Shown here: piece after piece, positions 8,972-19,442 of the stretch
How positions within the stretch are numbered: the stretch's first letter is position 1
How the letters are laid out: the number at the start of each line of letters is the position of its first letter
Assembly: GCA_001871075.1 (NCBI GenBank)
Contig: MNUP01000051.1
Location: forward strand, 1 to 46,301
Source: Candidatus Desantisbacteria bacterium CG1_02_49_89
GTDB lineage: Bacteria; Desantisbacteria; UBA1551
Reading direction: 5' to 3'
Length of the DNA: 46,301 nucleotides
Program-made: the position numbers and the translations under genes
The notes under the pieces: generated by a model
Databases searched by the model: none
What the model was told of the DNA's origin: nothing
The model's input: only the letters and a program-made list of their open reading frames with translations

Positions 8972-11554
8972 TTATTTTTTAAGGAAAACTACCTCATTCT
9001 TCTTCAGGTCAGCCGTGACCTTGTCACCTTCTTTTATCTCCCCTGAAAGTATTTTCGCGGCGAGCGGGTTCTGTATGTAGTTCTGCAAAGCGCGCTTCAA
9101 AGGCCGTGCCCCGTATGACGGGTCAAACCCCGCCTTCGCTATGAATTCTTTCATGCTGTCGGTAAGCGTTATCTCTATTTTCCTGTCCGCGAGCATCCGC
9201 AGCAAAAACCCGGCCTGGATCTCCACTATTTTTTTCAGGTCATCCGTGCTGAGGTTCCTGAATATTATGATCTCGTCCACGCGGTTGAGGAACTCGGGCC
9301 TGAACGTTTTCCTCAACTCGTCCATCACCCTGTTCCTCGCTGCCTGGGGGTTATCCCCCACCTCGGCTATAATGTGGCTTCCCACGTTTGACGTCATTAT
9401 TATTATGGTGTTCTTGAAATCCACTGTCCTGCCCTGCCCGTCTGTCAGCCTGCCGTCGTCCAGGATCTGCAGCAGTATATTGAAAACGTCCGGGTGCGCC
9501 TTTTCTATCTCGTCGAAAAGCAGCACTGAATACGGCCTTCTGCGCACTGCTTCCGTGAGATACCCGCCTTCCTCGTATCCCACGTATCCGGGAGGCGCGC
9601 CTATCATCCTTGAAACCGTGTGCTTTTCCATGAATTCGGACATATCCATCCGCACCATCGCCCGCTCGTCGTCAAACAAAAATTCCGCGAGCGCCCGCGC
9701 GAGCTCAGTCTTCCCCACGCCTGTAGGCCCCATGAAAATGAACGAGCCTATCGGCCTGTTCTTGTCCTGCAGGCCGGCCCTTGCCCGCCTTACCGCCTCA
9801 GCCACCGCCTTCACTGCTTCATCCTGTCCGACAACCCTCTGCTTTATCTTTTCTTCCATGTGCAGGAGTTTCTGCTTCTCTGTTTCCAGCATCCTCGCGA
9901 CCGGTATGCCCGTCCATTTTGAAAGCACTTCCGCTATGTCTTCCTCGTCAACAACTTCCTTCAGCATCTTTGTTTTCTTCTGCATCTCTTCCAGGGCATT
10001 TGATTCTTTTTCCAATTTTTTCTGCAGTTCTATCAGGGTCCCGTACCTCAGCTGGGAAACCTTTTCAAGCTCTCCCTTCCTTTCAGCCAGCTGTTCCTCT
10101 GTCCTGGCCTTCTCTATCTCGGCTTTTACCTGGCGGATCTTCTTTATCGCCTCTTTTTCCTTCTGCCAGTGGGCTTTCAGCCCGGAATTCTTCTCTTTCA
10201 GGTCCGAAAGGTCCTTTTCGATCTTCTTCAGCCGTTCGACCGCGCTCTTGTCCAGCTGGAGCTGGGTCCCTTTGGGATCCGTTTCTTTTTTAAGCGCGGC
10301 CCTTTCAATTTCAAGCTGGCGGACGTGCCGCTCTATCTCGTCTATCTCAGTGGGCATGCTGTCTATCTCAATGCGCAGGTGTGAGCAGGCTTCATCCACA
10401 AGGTCTATGGCCTTGTCAGGCAAAAACCTTCCGGAAATATATCTGTTTGAAAGCACGGCTGCCTGCACAAGCGCCTCGTCCTTGATCTTCACTCCGTGAT
10501 GCACCTCGTACCGCTCTTTAAGCCCGCGCAGGATAGCTATGGTGTCGTCAACCGTGGGCTCGCCCACGAAAACCGTCTGGAACCTGCGTTCAAGAGCAGC
10601 GTCCTTCTCTATGCTCTTCCTGTATTCGTCAAGCGTGGTGGCACCGATGCAGCGCAGTTCTCCGCGGGCGAGCGCGGGTTTTAGCATGTTCGCGGCGTCT
10701 ATCGCGCCTTCCGCTGCCCCTGCTCCGACAAGCGTGTGCAGTTCGTCAATAAAACAGATGATCCTGCCCTCTGACTGCGTGATCTCTTTTAAAACCGCTT
10801 TCAGCCTGTTCTCAAACTCGCCGCGGTATTTCGCACCCGCAACAAGAGAACCCATGTCAAGGGCGAGTATTACCTTTTCTTTAAGGGTTTCCGGAATGTC
10901 GCCGTTGGCTATGCGCTGGGCAAGGCCTTCGACTATAGCTGTCTTGCCAACTCCTGCCTCGCCGATCAGCACCGGATTATTCTTCGTGCGGCGGCTCAAA
11001 ACCTGGATAACGCGGCGTATCTCGTCATCCCTGCCTATAACCGGGTCCAGTTTTCCCTTTTTCGCGAGGGCAGTCAGGTCCCTCGTGTATTTTTCCAGCG
11101 CCTGGTATTTCTCTTCCGGTTCCTGGTCTGTCACGTTCTGCCCTCCCCTTATTTCTTTTAAAATATTCAAAACAGCGTCTTTTGAGACGCCGGTGTCTTT
11201 CATTTCCCCCGCGATAGCAAGGAACAGGTGCTCTGTCGAGACGAATTCGTCCTTAAGGGCTTTCGCCTCTTCAAACGCCTTGTCGAAGATCCTGCCAAGC
11301 CTCTGCGAAAGGAAAACCTGCACCTCGCCCTGCACCTGCGGCATGGTTTCGATCTTCGAAACCATCTTTCCCGCGAGGTCGCCTGGGTCCTTGCCGGCTT
11401 TTTCAAGGATGGACGGTATAAGCCCGCCCTCCTGTTCCAGAAGCGCGAGCAGAAGGTGTTCGGCATCTATCTGCTGGTTATTGTGCTTCCGCGCGATCTC
11501 CTGCGCGGCTGCAACCGCCTCCTGCGCTTTGATTGTCAGCTTTTCAAACTTCAT
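8972..11554 (-). CDS. clpB: ATP-dependent chaperone ClpB
   Basis: Clp-N domain, two Walker A motifs ([16 protein letters not shown]), coiled-coil M domain, [13 protein letters not shown]. Confidence 0.97.
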   Translation of the reverse strand: MKFEKLTIKAQEAVAAAQEIARKHNNQQIDAEHLLLALLEQEGGLIPSILEKAGKDPGDLAGKMVSKIETMPQVQGEVQVFLSQRLGRIFDKAFEEAKALKDEFVSTEHLFLAIAGEMKDTGVSKDAVLNILKEIRGGQNVTDQEPEEKYQALEKYTRDLTALAKKGKLDPVIGRDDEIRRVIQVLSRRTKNNPVLIGEAGVGKTAIVEGLAQRIANGDIPETLKEKVILALDMGSLVAGAKYRGEFENRLKAVLKEITQSEGRIICFIDELHTLVGAGAAEGAIDAANMLKPALARGELRCIGATTLDEYRKSIEKDAALERRFQTVFVGEPTVDDTIAILRGLKERYEVHHGVKIKDEALVQAAVLSNRYISGRFLPDKAIDLVDEACSHLRIEIDSMPTEIDEIERHVRQLEIERAALKKETDPKGTQLQLDKSAVERLKKIEKDLSDLKEKNSGLKAHWQKEKEAIKKIRQVKAEIEKARTEEQLAERKGELEKVSQLRYGTLIELQKKLEKESNALEEMQKKTKMLKEVVDEEDIAEVLSKWTGIPVARMLETEKQKLLHMEEKIKQRVVGQDEAVKAVAEAVRRARAGLQDKNRPIGSFIFMGPTGVGKTELARALAEFLFDDERAMVRMDMSEFMEKHTVSRMIGAPPGYVGYEEGGYLTEAVRRRPYSVLLFDEIEKAHPDVFNILLQILDDGRLTDGQGRTVDFKNTIIIMTSNVGSHIIAEVGDNPQAARNRVMDELRKTFRPEFLNRVDEIIIFRNLSTDDLKKIVEIQAGFLLRMLADRKIEITLTDSMKEFIAKAGFDPSYGARPLKRALQNYIQNPLAAKILSGEIKEGDKVTADLKKNEVVFLKK
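10251..10277. repeat. 27-bp palindromic mini-element inserted in-frame in clpB
   Basis: TCCAGC-TGGA-GCTGGG-TCCCTTTGGGA. The tail GGTCCCTTTGGGA is identical to the intergenic element end at 22900-22912. Confidence 0.6.
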
Positions 11555-11680
11555 GCCCGTTCCTTACCTTTTCCAACCTCGTAGGTTGGAATGGTTTATT
11601 AGGGGTAAAATGAAGGGGATATCACCCCATTTTCATCCATATAAAATATAATCAGCAAACCTAAAGGTTTGCCCTACGAT

Positions 11681-11724
11681 AAAAATCCTTGTTGTTGCGT
11701 TGACATGTTGATACGTTGACACGC
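11681..11724. repeat. TCCTT..TTGCG-(T/C)TGACACG octamer repeat family, copy 1 of 6
   Basis: Further copies at about 15337-15390, 22917-22995, 26910-26960, 38188-38214 and 40770-40811, each just downstream of a minus-strand stop codon. Confidence 0.85.
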
Positions 11725-13893
11725 TTATTGGTTTGGTGCCTTCTCAAGCAGTCGGATAAAATCTATTTCAACGTTGGAGTCCGGGACAGAGTTGGGGTCA
11801 AAACGCAATTCGCTGATATTCCCTACCCAGGAGTCCTTCTCGCCCAGGTCCACCAGGTATTCGTGGAACTCATTATCCGGCTTTAATTTGAAGGTCTTGC
11901 TGTTTTGCTCGCTGACAGGGCCCTGGTCGTTCGCCCAGAACAGCTGGGCCGAGGAACCTTTGTCTATCTTCATTTTTATAAGCGCGAACCTGTATTTCGA
12001 AGAGTCGATCTCAACCCGGCACAGGAACGAAGGGTCATTCGTCTCGATCTTCGCCTTCATCGCGCCGTTGTCCGCGTCCACGTCAGCCAGGTTCTGCAAA
12101 ACTATCCAGCCTTCGCAGTCGCCGTCCTTATTGAACTCCCACGCTGTTTTTGATGCCTGCTCCTCGATCTTTTTCGGCTCTTTTGACCTGTATATCCTTA
12201 TCCAGTCTATCTCTATCTCGTCGCCCGCAAGCCCTATGTCAAACCTCAGCTTGTCCAGCGTGCCTTTCCACTTGCCTTCCGGCTTTTTGAATATCTGGTA
12301 CGTGTGCCATTTGCCGTCCCCCTCAAGCCCTATCCAGAACGATTTATCCTGCGAAAGGCCTGGCTCTCTTTCCGTGGAGTAAAAAACCTCGGTTCCCATA
12401 ACGTTCTCGCTTGTCCTCATCCTCAGGGCGATGCATTCTATGTCCTTCACGTCCGCGTCCACACCCTGGGTCGTGAGCTGGGGGTCTTCCCCAACCACCT
12501 TTGTCTTGAGCGTTCCATCCGATATTTCCGGGTTCTCAACCTGGTACGGGAACCAGCCCTCGTTACTTCCGGATTCGAATTCCCATTCCTTTATAGTGTC
12601 TGTTTTCGGAAGGGGCTTGTCCTTCTCAACCTGCGTTGTGCGGACTGCCAAAGGCGGGGGTGTATACGCTCTTTTCTCAAGCGCCGCTGCCTTCGCGGTC
12701 TCTGTTTCGTTCAGCACGCTGAAACTTTTTATCTTTTCCGCGGTTGGAACCAGGTCAGTATGGGCTTCCGGAGCGCCTGGAGCAAAAACCTTCCTAACTT
12801 TGTCCAGGAACTCGAATTTGAATTCCTTGTCCGGCTCGATATAGCTTCCCTCTCCCCACTCGTTCCAGGCTTCTATGATAGCAAGGTTTGTCCTTTTATC
12901 GATATATTTAAGACCTATTCGGCACATCTCCTCGAATTTATCCGGGGTTTTCCCGGTTATGACAGCCGCGTTCTCCCTTGCCCTGGGCCTGTCATCCCAG
13001 TTCGAGCCTATGGGCACGATGTACGGCAGCTTTATCGACTTCGTCACTGTCCTCCACATTGTTTCAAAATGCTTTGTCATTTCCTCGTATGGAAGAGAAA
13101 ATCCCCTTTTAAACTCGTATTTTGAATTCACGTCAGCGCCGTAATAGGAATAGGAAGTGAAAGCTGCGAACCCCGCTTCGGTATACGCGCTGCCTGTGCC
13201 CAGGGCTACAAGATATATGTCCTTTATCCCTTTTGAGCGCAGGACCTTGTTCATTTCCGCGAGCGTTTCCCTGAAACCCTCAGGCCCGCTGCTGCCCTGG
13301 ATCAAAGCTTCGGGAACAAAGACCATAACCACCGGCCTTCCGTCCACGCACAGGTAATTAGGGAGCCTGAAATAGTTGCCGGCAAGATATTCTGTCATCT
13401 CGACAAGCGCTTTGCGGCTGAAATCCATTTCAGCCGGCTTCCCGTCTTTCTTCCAGTCCAGGGCGTGGTTGCACCAGTGCACGCAGAACTTCATCATATC
13501 CGCGTATTTTGCTTTCAGGAATCCCTGTTCCAGGGAACGGGCCAGCCTTTTTTCACCCGCGTTCCAGTACCAGTCGAACGAGAACCAGGAAATGCCGTGT
13601 TCAACCGCCCATTTTATGTGCCAGTCGTTTACCTCAGGCAGGGAATCATCGTAAAAACCCAGGAGCGGCCTTGGGCCCGGCTGTTTCGCCACGCAGAGTT
13701 TCCACTCGCTGTCCTCGTCATGCGTCTTGTACGGGTAATCCCCTCTGCCCTTGTCCCTGTACCAGCCAGGAAAAATGTAAACGCCCAGGCTTACGCCGCT
13801 CTTCACCGGCTCCGGGGCCGGGACATACCCGCCTTCCCATACCTTCATCTCAGCGACTCCTGAAACGGTGAACGCGAACAAAACCAAAAGCAT
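11725..13893 (-). CDS. WbsX/GH99-like glycoside hydrolase with two tandem C-terminal CBM-like modules
   Basis: PLLGFYD, WCNH, WDDRPR, AWNEWGEGSYIEPD. Two repeats WEF..EGW...D(W/F)IR. Confidence 0.75.
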   Translation of the reverse strand: MLLVLFAFTVSGVAEMKVWEGGYVPAPEPVKSGVSLGVYIFPGWYRDKGRGDYPYKTHDEDSEWKLCVAKQPGPRPLLGFYDDSLPEVNDWHIKWAVEHGISWFSFDWYWNAGEKRLARSLEQGFLKAKYADMMKFCVHWCNHALDWKKDGKPAEMDFSRKALVEMTEYLAGNYFRLPNYLCVDGRPVVMVFVPEALIQGSSGPEGFRETLAEMNKVLRSKGIKDIYLVALGTGSAYTEAGFAAFTSYSYYGADVNSKYEFKRGFSLPYEEMTKHFETMWRTVTKSIKLPYIVPIGSNWDDRPRARENAAVITGKTPDKFEEMCRIGLKYIDKRTNLAIIEAWNEWGEGSYIEPDKEFKFEFLDKVRKVFAPGAPEAHTDLVPTAEKIKSFSVLNETETAKAAALEKRAYTPPPLAVRTTQVEKDKPLPKTDTIKEWEFESGSNEGWFPYQVENPEISDGTLKTKVVGEDPQLTTQGVDADVKDIECIALRMRTSENVMGTEVFYSTEREPGLSQDKSFWIGLEGDGKWHTYQIFKKPEGKWKGTLDKLRFDIGLAGDEIEIDWIRIYRSKEPKKIEEQASKTAWEFNKDGDCEGWIVLQNLADVDADNGAMKAKIETNDPSFLCRVEIDSSKYRFALIKMKIDKGSSAQLFWANDQGPVSEQNSKTFKLKPDNEFHEYLVDLGEKDSWVGNISELRFDPNSVPDSNVEIDFIRLLEKAPNQ

Positions 13894-13916
13894 AATAAAT
13901 ATTCTTTTCGTAATAA

Positions 13917-14020
13917 CCCCCTCACCTCAATCCTCTCCCTCATACAACACCCCCATCTCAATCTTCCCCCATCGGAGGGGGAAGAAGATTTAGGAACAAT
14001 AAATTGAAGGGGGCGAGGAA
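13917..14020. repeat. Nested DUF559-type palindrome, reverse-oriented homologue of 8484-8591
   Basis: CCCCTCACCTCAATCCTCTCCC[..CCCCCATCTCAATCTTCCCCC..GGGGGAAGA..]GGGGGCGAGGA. Confidence 0.75.
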
Positions 14021-14125
14021 GAATTTGGAATTTACATTTTTCATTTTGCATTTTGTTGAGCTGGTAGCGAAATCCCCCCTGCTTGCCCATTCAGGGCAGG
14101 GGGGGCATTTTGACTTTTGACTTTA

Positions 14126-15070
14126 TTATTTAAAAACTGCCATTCTCTGCCCTATCGTTTTCAGGTCCGCCTCTATCTCGTCCGCTGTTTTTCCGGCAGT
14201 TTCGACCTCAAAAACTTTCACCTTCTGCTCCGCTTCCTTGAACGACGCTTCTATCCTCTTCAGCCAGTTGGCAAGATAGATGAAAACCGGGTCCTCGCTC
14301 GCTTCGCCCGCTACGCTCGCAATCCCGCCTGCTTTCTTCGTAAGCGCTTCCCATAAAGCCTTCTGGATTTTCAACTTCTCTTCGGTCTTTGCCCTGAGCG
14401 TCTGCTCGTCCGCTGTGTGCACTATGCCGAACACTTCCACATTGCTGAACACCACCGCGGTTGTGCCCGGGTTGAACCTTCTCGCTGAAAGCATGATCCT
14501 GCCGGCTTTCGGCGCGGGAATGTCAGCGAGATTATCATCCAGGATGTCTATCACACCCTTGCCGTCTATTTTGATCGCTATGCGGTTTGATTCGGCCTTT
14601 ATTTCAAGGCTGTGCCACTTGCCGTCCATTACCGCGCACCCGTACTGGGCAAGCGGGTTGTTATCGCCTGTGCTTGCGCCTTCGTTCGCCTTGTGCAGGT
14701 ATGCCCCGGAAGCGTAGAAACCCAGGGTGTAGTTCGTGCCCTGGTCCAGGAACCGAAACCCTATCCACGGCCCGTCCCTCCAGTCACCCCCGACCTCCAG
14801 CACCTTGAACTTTAATTTTAAAATGTAATCCTGCCATGCCTCATCCCCTGCAGCAGCGCCCACCGCGGAAAAACCGCCTGTGCCGCTGTTCTTTCCTTCA
14901 AACCCTTCCTCCGTCACTTCCCAGTTCCCGTTCATTATGTCCCACGCCGGCGATGCGTCTGCCCCGGTCTTGTAGTTCTTGAAGTTGTCCGAGAACAGCA
15001 GTTTCTCCGCCGCAAAAGCAGTGCCTGCGGCCAGCAGGATCATTCCCAAAATAATCGCGATTTTTTTCAT
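14126..15070 (-). CDS. Secreted DUF1080 (3-keto-disaccharide hydrolase-like) beta-sandwich protein
   Basis: Signal peptide, LFSDNF, W.V..G, WQDY, WHSLEI...I.IKIDG. Confidence 0.65.
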   Translation of the reverse strand: MKKIAIILGMILLAAGTAFAAEKLLFSDNFKNYKTGADASPAWDIMNGNWEVTEEGFEGKNSGTGGFSAVGAAAGDEAWQDYILKLKFKVLEVGGDWRDGPWIGFRFLDQGTNYTLGFYASGAYLHKANEGASTGDNNPLAQYGCAVMDGKWHSLEIKAESNRIAIKIDGKGVIDILDDNLADIPAPKAGRIMLSARRFNPGTTAVVFSNVEVFGIVHTADEQTLRAKTEEKLKIQKALWEALTKKAGGIASVAGEASEDPVFIYLANWLKRIEASFKEAEQKVKVFEVETAGKTADEIEADLKTIGQRMAVFK

Positions 15071-15132
15071 ATTATCTCCAAGGATAAGGATTTTTTAAGA
15101 ACTGGCATAGAACCTTAGGAATAGAGCCTTCA

Positions 15133-15182
15133 GGAGTAGACCCTTTAGGGTCGTAAAACAACGGGGCTAAAGCCCCTACTCC
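15133..15182. repeat. GTAG-type REP doublet, near-identical copy at 30971-31020
   Basis: GGAGTAG-ACCCTTTAGGGTC...GGGGCTAAAGCCC-CTACTCC, 49/50 identical between copies. Related GTAA doublets at 19308-19355 and 22807-22859. Confidence 0.8.
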
Positions 15183-15285
15183 TAAATACGCACTAACCTT
15201 CTTTATTTATCAGGGCTCCCTCCTTAAAGATTTCCTCCTTAAAAAATTGGCGGACAAGGGCGGGTCTTCGAAAAGCCCTGAGCTA

Positions 15286-15332
15286 TCCGCCCCGATGTCC
15301 ATCGGGGCGAGACCTCACCCCAAAGGGGCGGG
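15286..15332. repeat. CCCCGATG..CATCGGGG-CGAGACCTC double-hairpin element
   Basis: Copies at 22859-22912 and, reversed, at 40947-41001. Divergent relative at 19355-19400. Confidence 0.8.
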
Positions 15333-15395
15333 CGATAAAAATCCTTGTTTTTGCGTTGACACGCTGACACGCTGACACGTTGACACGCTTTTAGC

Positions 15396-18300
15396 TTATT
15401 TCTCGTTCGCCACCCAGACAAGCGGCGGGTTCAGTATCTTCTCCCTCAGCGGCGTGATGTCCGCGGGATAAATGCGCTTGCCCACCGCTATTGCTATCCT
15501 GAGCGCGAGCTTCTCGCCCTGCCTGAATTCCTTCTTGCTCCTCAGCCGCACGTCGTAGTCGCTGTCAAAAAATCCGTACCTGACCCTTTTCACCGGGTCT
15601 TTGTCAAGTATGATCATGCCGCACGCCCTGGGCGTGTTCTTGGGTTCGCCGGCGTACATTAGGTACCCGTCGCTGACAGCCCAGGTCTCAAGCCACCCTT
15701 TTTTATCCTTGGTCTTTTCAGGCATGAACCCGACCCCGTTCGGCCATCCCTGCGTGAATTGCGAAGCATCAAGCCTGGCGCTCACAGGCACGAAATCAAA
15801 GAACCGCGCGTCCTTCTTAAAAGTTATTTCCCTTGAAAGCACGCAGTATTTCGCGAGCGACCAGAACGTCCATACATCCCTCACGGAAAAAGTCTCATTT
15901 TCCACCCTGTTCTCAAAGCAGTATTCGACCGGGCCGGAGGAGATCACGCGCAATGTTGAGGGTATCCTGTCAATTGTTTCAAGATCCCAGTCAGCGTCCG
16001 AGTTGATCTCCTCAACCGGCCTGACATTGCTGTTATACCGCACCGCAAATGAGCCGCCCATATAATGCGCGATATCCTTATAGCCTGCCGCTGATATGCT
16101 TACCGGGTTACCGGAGAACCTTTCGTCGAAAACCCACTGGATCGATCCGTTGCCCACGGAAATGAACCCGGGTTTGTTCTCTAAATATGATCTTGCTTTC
16201 AGGTCGGTTCCGGGAACGCCCGCTTTCTTCAGGCCGGAGTAAAGGTAGTATTTGACAAAGTCCGCGCCCCTCAGGTTCACCATGAACACCATCCTGTTAT
16301 CCTTTATCTCGAACGGGACGCTTACGCCCTCGTCGGAGAAAAGCGCGGTTGAGGATGCGCTCAATCCTTTCGGCAAGTCAGCAAGGCTGACGCTTGCAGG
16401 CTCCCAGTCCTTCCTTTTAAACCCGTCGAACTGGCTGATAAGGTAAATATCCGTGCGCCCCTGAACCACGTGCTCGGGGACCGCCGGCTTTAAAGGTATC
16501 GCGATGAACTTAAAAGGCAGCTGCATGCTGACCTCTTTTCCGTTCTCCGCGTAGGAAACATCGCAGGACCCTTCAGCAGAGATCTCTTCAGGGGCTGCCG
16601 GAACCGGCATTGTAATTTTCATTTTTACCGAAGGAGCTTCTTTGCCCGGCTCTATCACGCTGACAGAACCTTTCACGCCCCCAAGCTGAATTTTCATGTC
16701 CTTGACCGCTGAACCGCCTGAGTTCAGGAATCTCAGGTCAACTTCCCTTACTGAACCTGCTTTCCCGATTATCCTGGTTGTCAGCAGGACAGGCTGCGCG
16801 TTTGCCAGGCATTTCATTCCCTTCCAGAATACATATCTCTGCCTGCCTGACATGACCTCCAGCGCGACTGTCCTGGTCCCGGTAGCGTAATCCGTTGCCT
16901 CAACAGGAAGCTCTATTTTTTGCGAGCCGCCTGCCTCAACCGCGAAAGAAATTTCTTTGGAACTTATTCCGGGAGAGCCTTTTAATCTTACGCTTCCTTC
17001 AGCCTTTGCCTTGCCCGGGTTTGAAACAAGGACCGGCACTGATATTTTCTTTCCGGGCGATATCTCCATCACAGGGCATTCTATCCTGACCGGGCACAGC
17101 TGGACAGCGAAAACCGCGTAAAATCTGATTGGGTAAGAAAAAACAAGCTTGCCGCCCTTCATCGAAAAATCCACTGCCTGGAAATTCCCGGAGTCCGAGC
17201 TGACTGCTGTTACTTCGGTCACAGCCGTGCCTTGCGGGATGTCAAGCGCGAACGTAACATTCTTCCTTGCCCAGGGCTTTGTGAATTCATTGCTGTGCCC
17301 CACCCCTATTCCCCATCCAACATCCCTCCACTCCACTATCTGGCCCCAGGGTACCGCGCTTGCGGCAAGCACCACCATTGTGCCGCCTGCTTTCAGGACC
17401 GGAGCCGCCTTTATTTCATAGCTGTCAACGGTTTTGGAATACGCGGGATAAACGGTTCTCAGCGCGCTCTCGAACATCCGTGGCCGCGAATCGTCGTATT
17501 TGCCTTCTCCCAGCGGCGCGTAGAACGCGTCCAGGAAATCCGAGCCGAATTCGCCGTTAATGAATATTACGCTGCCGCCGTTCTTAAACCCGCATTTTAT
17601 GATCTTGGGATTTTTATCAGTAAAATATGAAAGAACTTCGCTGCCCGCGGGCATTCCGGTTATCTTAAGTTTGGCTGAACCGTCTGAAAATTTTACTCCG
17701 CCGAACTCGTATTCCCCGCCTGACTCAGCTGCTTCCGAATACTTGAGCCCCAGCATATCAGCCCATTTTTTGGAAAGCGTAACGAAAACCGCGGTGCCGG
17801 GCGTTGCCTTGACCCAGTCGAAAATAACGCTGTCCGCGAATTCTCCCTTTCCGTTCTTTCCCAGGTTGAAACCGCACGCAGGCACTATCACTACCTTCCT
17901 GCCTTTCAGTTCTTCGGCTGTCAGGTACGGCTCAGGTATCACGTCGAATGACTGGCTAAGGGTTTCAAGCAGTTTCACCATTCCCAGAACGTCTTTGTCT
18001 TTTCCGCCCTCTCCGCTCGCGTTAAGCCTGAACGGCAAATACTCGTTGTAAACCACTGCTATGTCCTTTTTCCTGCGCTTCTCCGCGAAGCCGCTCTCAA
18101 AGGTTTCCTTGAAAATGGAGCCGAACATTTCCGTAAGTTCCAGGTATTTCCTGCCGTATTCCTTAGTCTCGTCTATGACCGAGCCCTCAAACCATTCGGT
18201 GTGCGTCAGTATCATTATTCCCTCAGGCAGAGTGCTCATTGCCTGGACCCAGGAATATTCATACAGGAACGGGTCCCTTTCTATCCTTCCGCCTGTCCAC

Positions 18301-19283
18301 CTTTGCTGGCGGTCCACGTAACCCGGTGATATCGTGTAAAGGAAAAGCGTGTCAGTGAATTTCGCCACTTCGGAGCAGATCTTCGGGCGGCGGAACGGCC
18401 CGTTCATTTCCCAGCCGAAAGTGTACCAGGTCAGGCCTGTGTGGCCCTTCATATACGCTGTCAGCCCCAGGGTGCTGTTCGAGTTGTCCCCGGTATACAC
18501 GGTCTTGAACCCGGTCCTGCCTTCTACTTCCTTTATAGTTCTCTGCCAGCCCTTGATGAAACCGTCAGCGCGGAATTCCTGCAGATCAGCGAATGACGTA
18601 TTCATAGGTTTCGCGTCCGATATCCTGACAGAGCTGAAATCCGGATAATCCTTTTTCCATTCCTGGCTCAATTTTTCAATTGAACCATATTTCGCGCCCA
18701 GGAATTCCCTGAACCCGTCATCACTCGCTCCCGGAGTGTAGTATGAAACGTAGATGTTGGTCAGTTTCTTCCCTCCTATGTCCGGAAAGCACGGCGATTT
18801 GCCGAATTCAGCCATATATTTTGAAATGAACTCAATATTGGGGTCCTGGCCTTTGGGAGTGTCGTAAGTTTTGTTGATCGTGGAAGGCTCAAGGTACGGG
18901 GACATATAAAGGCCGCGGCCTTCTTTCAGCAGTTCTTCCGCTATGCCGATACTCTTCTTGAAAAGGTTGAAGCTGTTGCCGTTATCCCAGTATGAGAACG
19001 CCGCGTGGTTTATCTGGTATTCGGTTATGCTCTTCAGCAGTTCCTTTATGTCCTTTTTATTATTGATGTTGTTATATTCGTAAGGGGCTGTCCAGCCAAC
19101 AAACCTCCACGGAGGCCCGCCGAACCAGGGATAGTAATACACCCCGACAACCGGCTCCCCGTTCTGCAGCAGCGCGTCCTTTATACCGGCCGCCCGCGCT
19201 TCGCGCGCCTGTGGAATTGAGATCGTCATTGCCGCCGCAATTATTGCTATTGCGATCATAACTGTTAAAGTTATTCGCTTCAT
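15396..19283 (-). CDS. Large secreted GH99/GH42-like multidomain glycoside hydrolase
   Basis: Start reassigned to MKRITL (signal peptide, SD). VGVYYYPWF, FREFL..KYGSIEKL..W, EWFEGS, glutamine-amidotransferase-like trimerisation domain and Ig-like domains. Confidence 0.65.
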   Translation of the reverse strand: MKRITLTVMIAIAIIAAAMTISIPQAREARAAGIKDALLQNGEPVVGVYYYPWFGGPPWRFVGWTAPYEYNNINNKKDIKELLKSITEYQINHAAFSYWDNGNSFNLFKKSIGIAEELLKEGRGLYMSPYLEPSTINKTYDTPKGQDPNIEFISKYMAEFGKSPCFPDIGGKKLTNIYVSYYTPGASDDGFREFLGAKYGSIEKLSQEWKKDYPDFSSVRISDAKPMNTSFADLQEFRADGFIKGWQRTIKEVEGRTGFKTVYTGDNSNSTLGLTAYMKGHTGLTWYTFGWEMNGPFRRPKICSEVAKFTDTLFLYTISPGYVDRQQRWTGGRIERDPFLYEYSWVQAMSTLPEGIMILTHTEWFEGSVIDETKEYGRKYLELTEMFGSIFKETFESGFAEKRRKKDIAVVYNEYLPFRLNASGEGGKDKDVLGMVKLLETLSQSFDVIPEPYLTAEELKGRKVVIVPACGFNLGKNGKGEFADSVIFDWVKATPGTAVFVTLSKKWADMLGLKYSEAAESGGEYEFGGVKFSDGSAKLKITGMPAGSEVLSYFTDKNPKIIKCGFKNGGSVIFINGEFGSDFLDAFYAPLGEGKYDDSRPRMFESALRTVYPAYSKTVDSYEIKAAPVLKAGGTMVVLAASAVPWGQIVEWRDVGWGIGVGHSNEFTKPWARKNVTFALDIPQGTAVTEVTAVSSDSGNFQAVDFSMKGGKLVFSYPIRFYAVFAVQLCPVRIECPVMEISPGKKISVPVLVSNPGKAKAEGSVRLKGSPGISSKEISFAVEAGGSQKIELPVEATDYATGTRTVALEVMSGRQRYVFWKGMKCLANAQPVLLTTRIIGKAGSVREVDLRFLNSGGSAVKDMKIQLGGVKGSVSVIEPGKEAPSVKMKITMPVPAAPEEISAEGSCDVSYAENGKEVSMQLPFKFIAIPLKPAVPEHVVQGRTDIYLISQFDGFKRKDWEPASVSLADLPKGLSASSTALFSDEGVSVPFEIKDNRMVFMVNLRGADFVKYYLYSGLKKAGVPGTDLKARSYLENKPGFISVGNGSIQWVFDERFSGNPVSISAAGYKDIAHYMGGSFAVRYNSNVRPVEEINSDADWDLETIDRIPSTLRVISSGPVEYCFENRVENETFSVRDVWTFWSLAKYCVLSREITFKKDARFFDFVPVSARLDASQFTQGWPNGVGFMPEKTKDKKGWLETWAVSDGYLMYAGEPKNTPRACGMIILDKDPVKRVRYGFFDSDYDVRLRSKKEFRQGEKLALRIAIAVGKRIYPADITPLREKILNPPLVWVANEK

Positions 19284-19442
19284 ATTCCCCCCGCCATTGA
19301 GTTTGTTGTAACTCAAACCTTCAGGTTTGATATCAGGGCTGAAGCCCTGAGTTACTCCAATGCCCCGATATACCGTCGGGGATACGGAATCCCCTTGGGA
19401 CAATTTGCAATTTGAAATGTCTTTTTAAGCTCAACTCCTGTC

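Noticed and set aside
9141-11651. Long plus-strand ORFs (452 and 370 aa) and the many other plus-strand ORFs in the track
   Set aside because: Antisense shadows of clpB and other minus-strand genes. They are Ser/Phe-rich, with no motifs or RBS.
11555-11680. CIRCE, CtsR or HAIR heat-shock operator at clpB
   Set aside because: None of the consensus sequences is present.
11697-11724. TTGACA hexamers in the YTGACACG arrays as promoters
   Set aside because: No matching -10 box at 16-18 nt. They are repeat units pointing antisense into gene ends.
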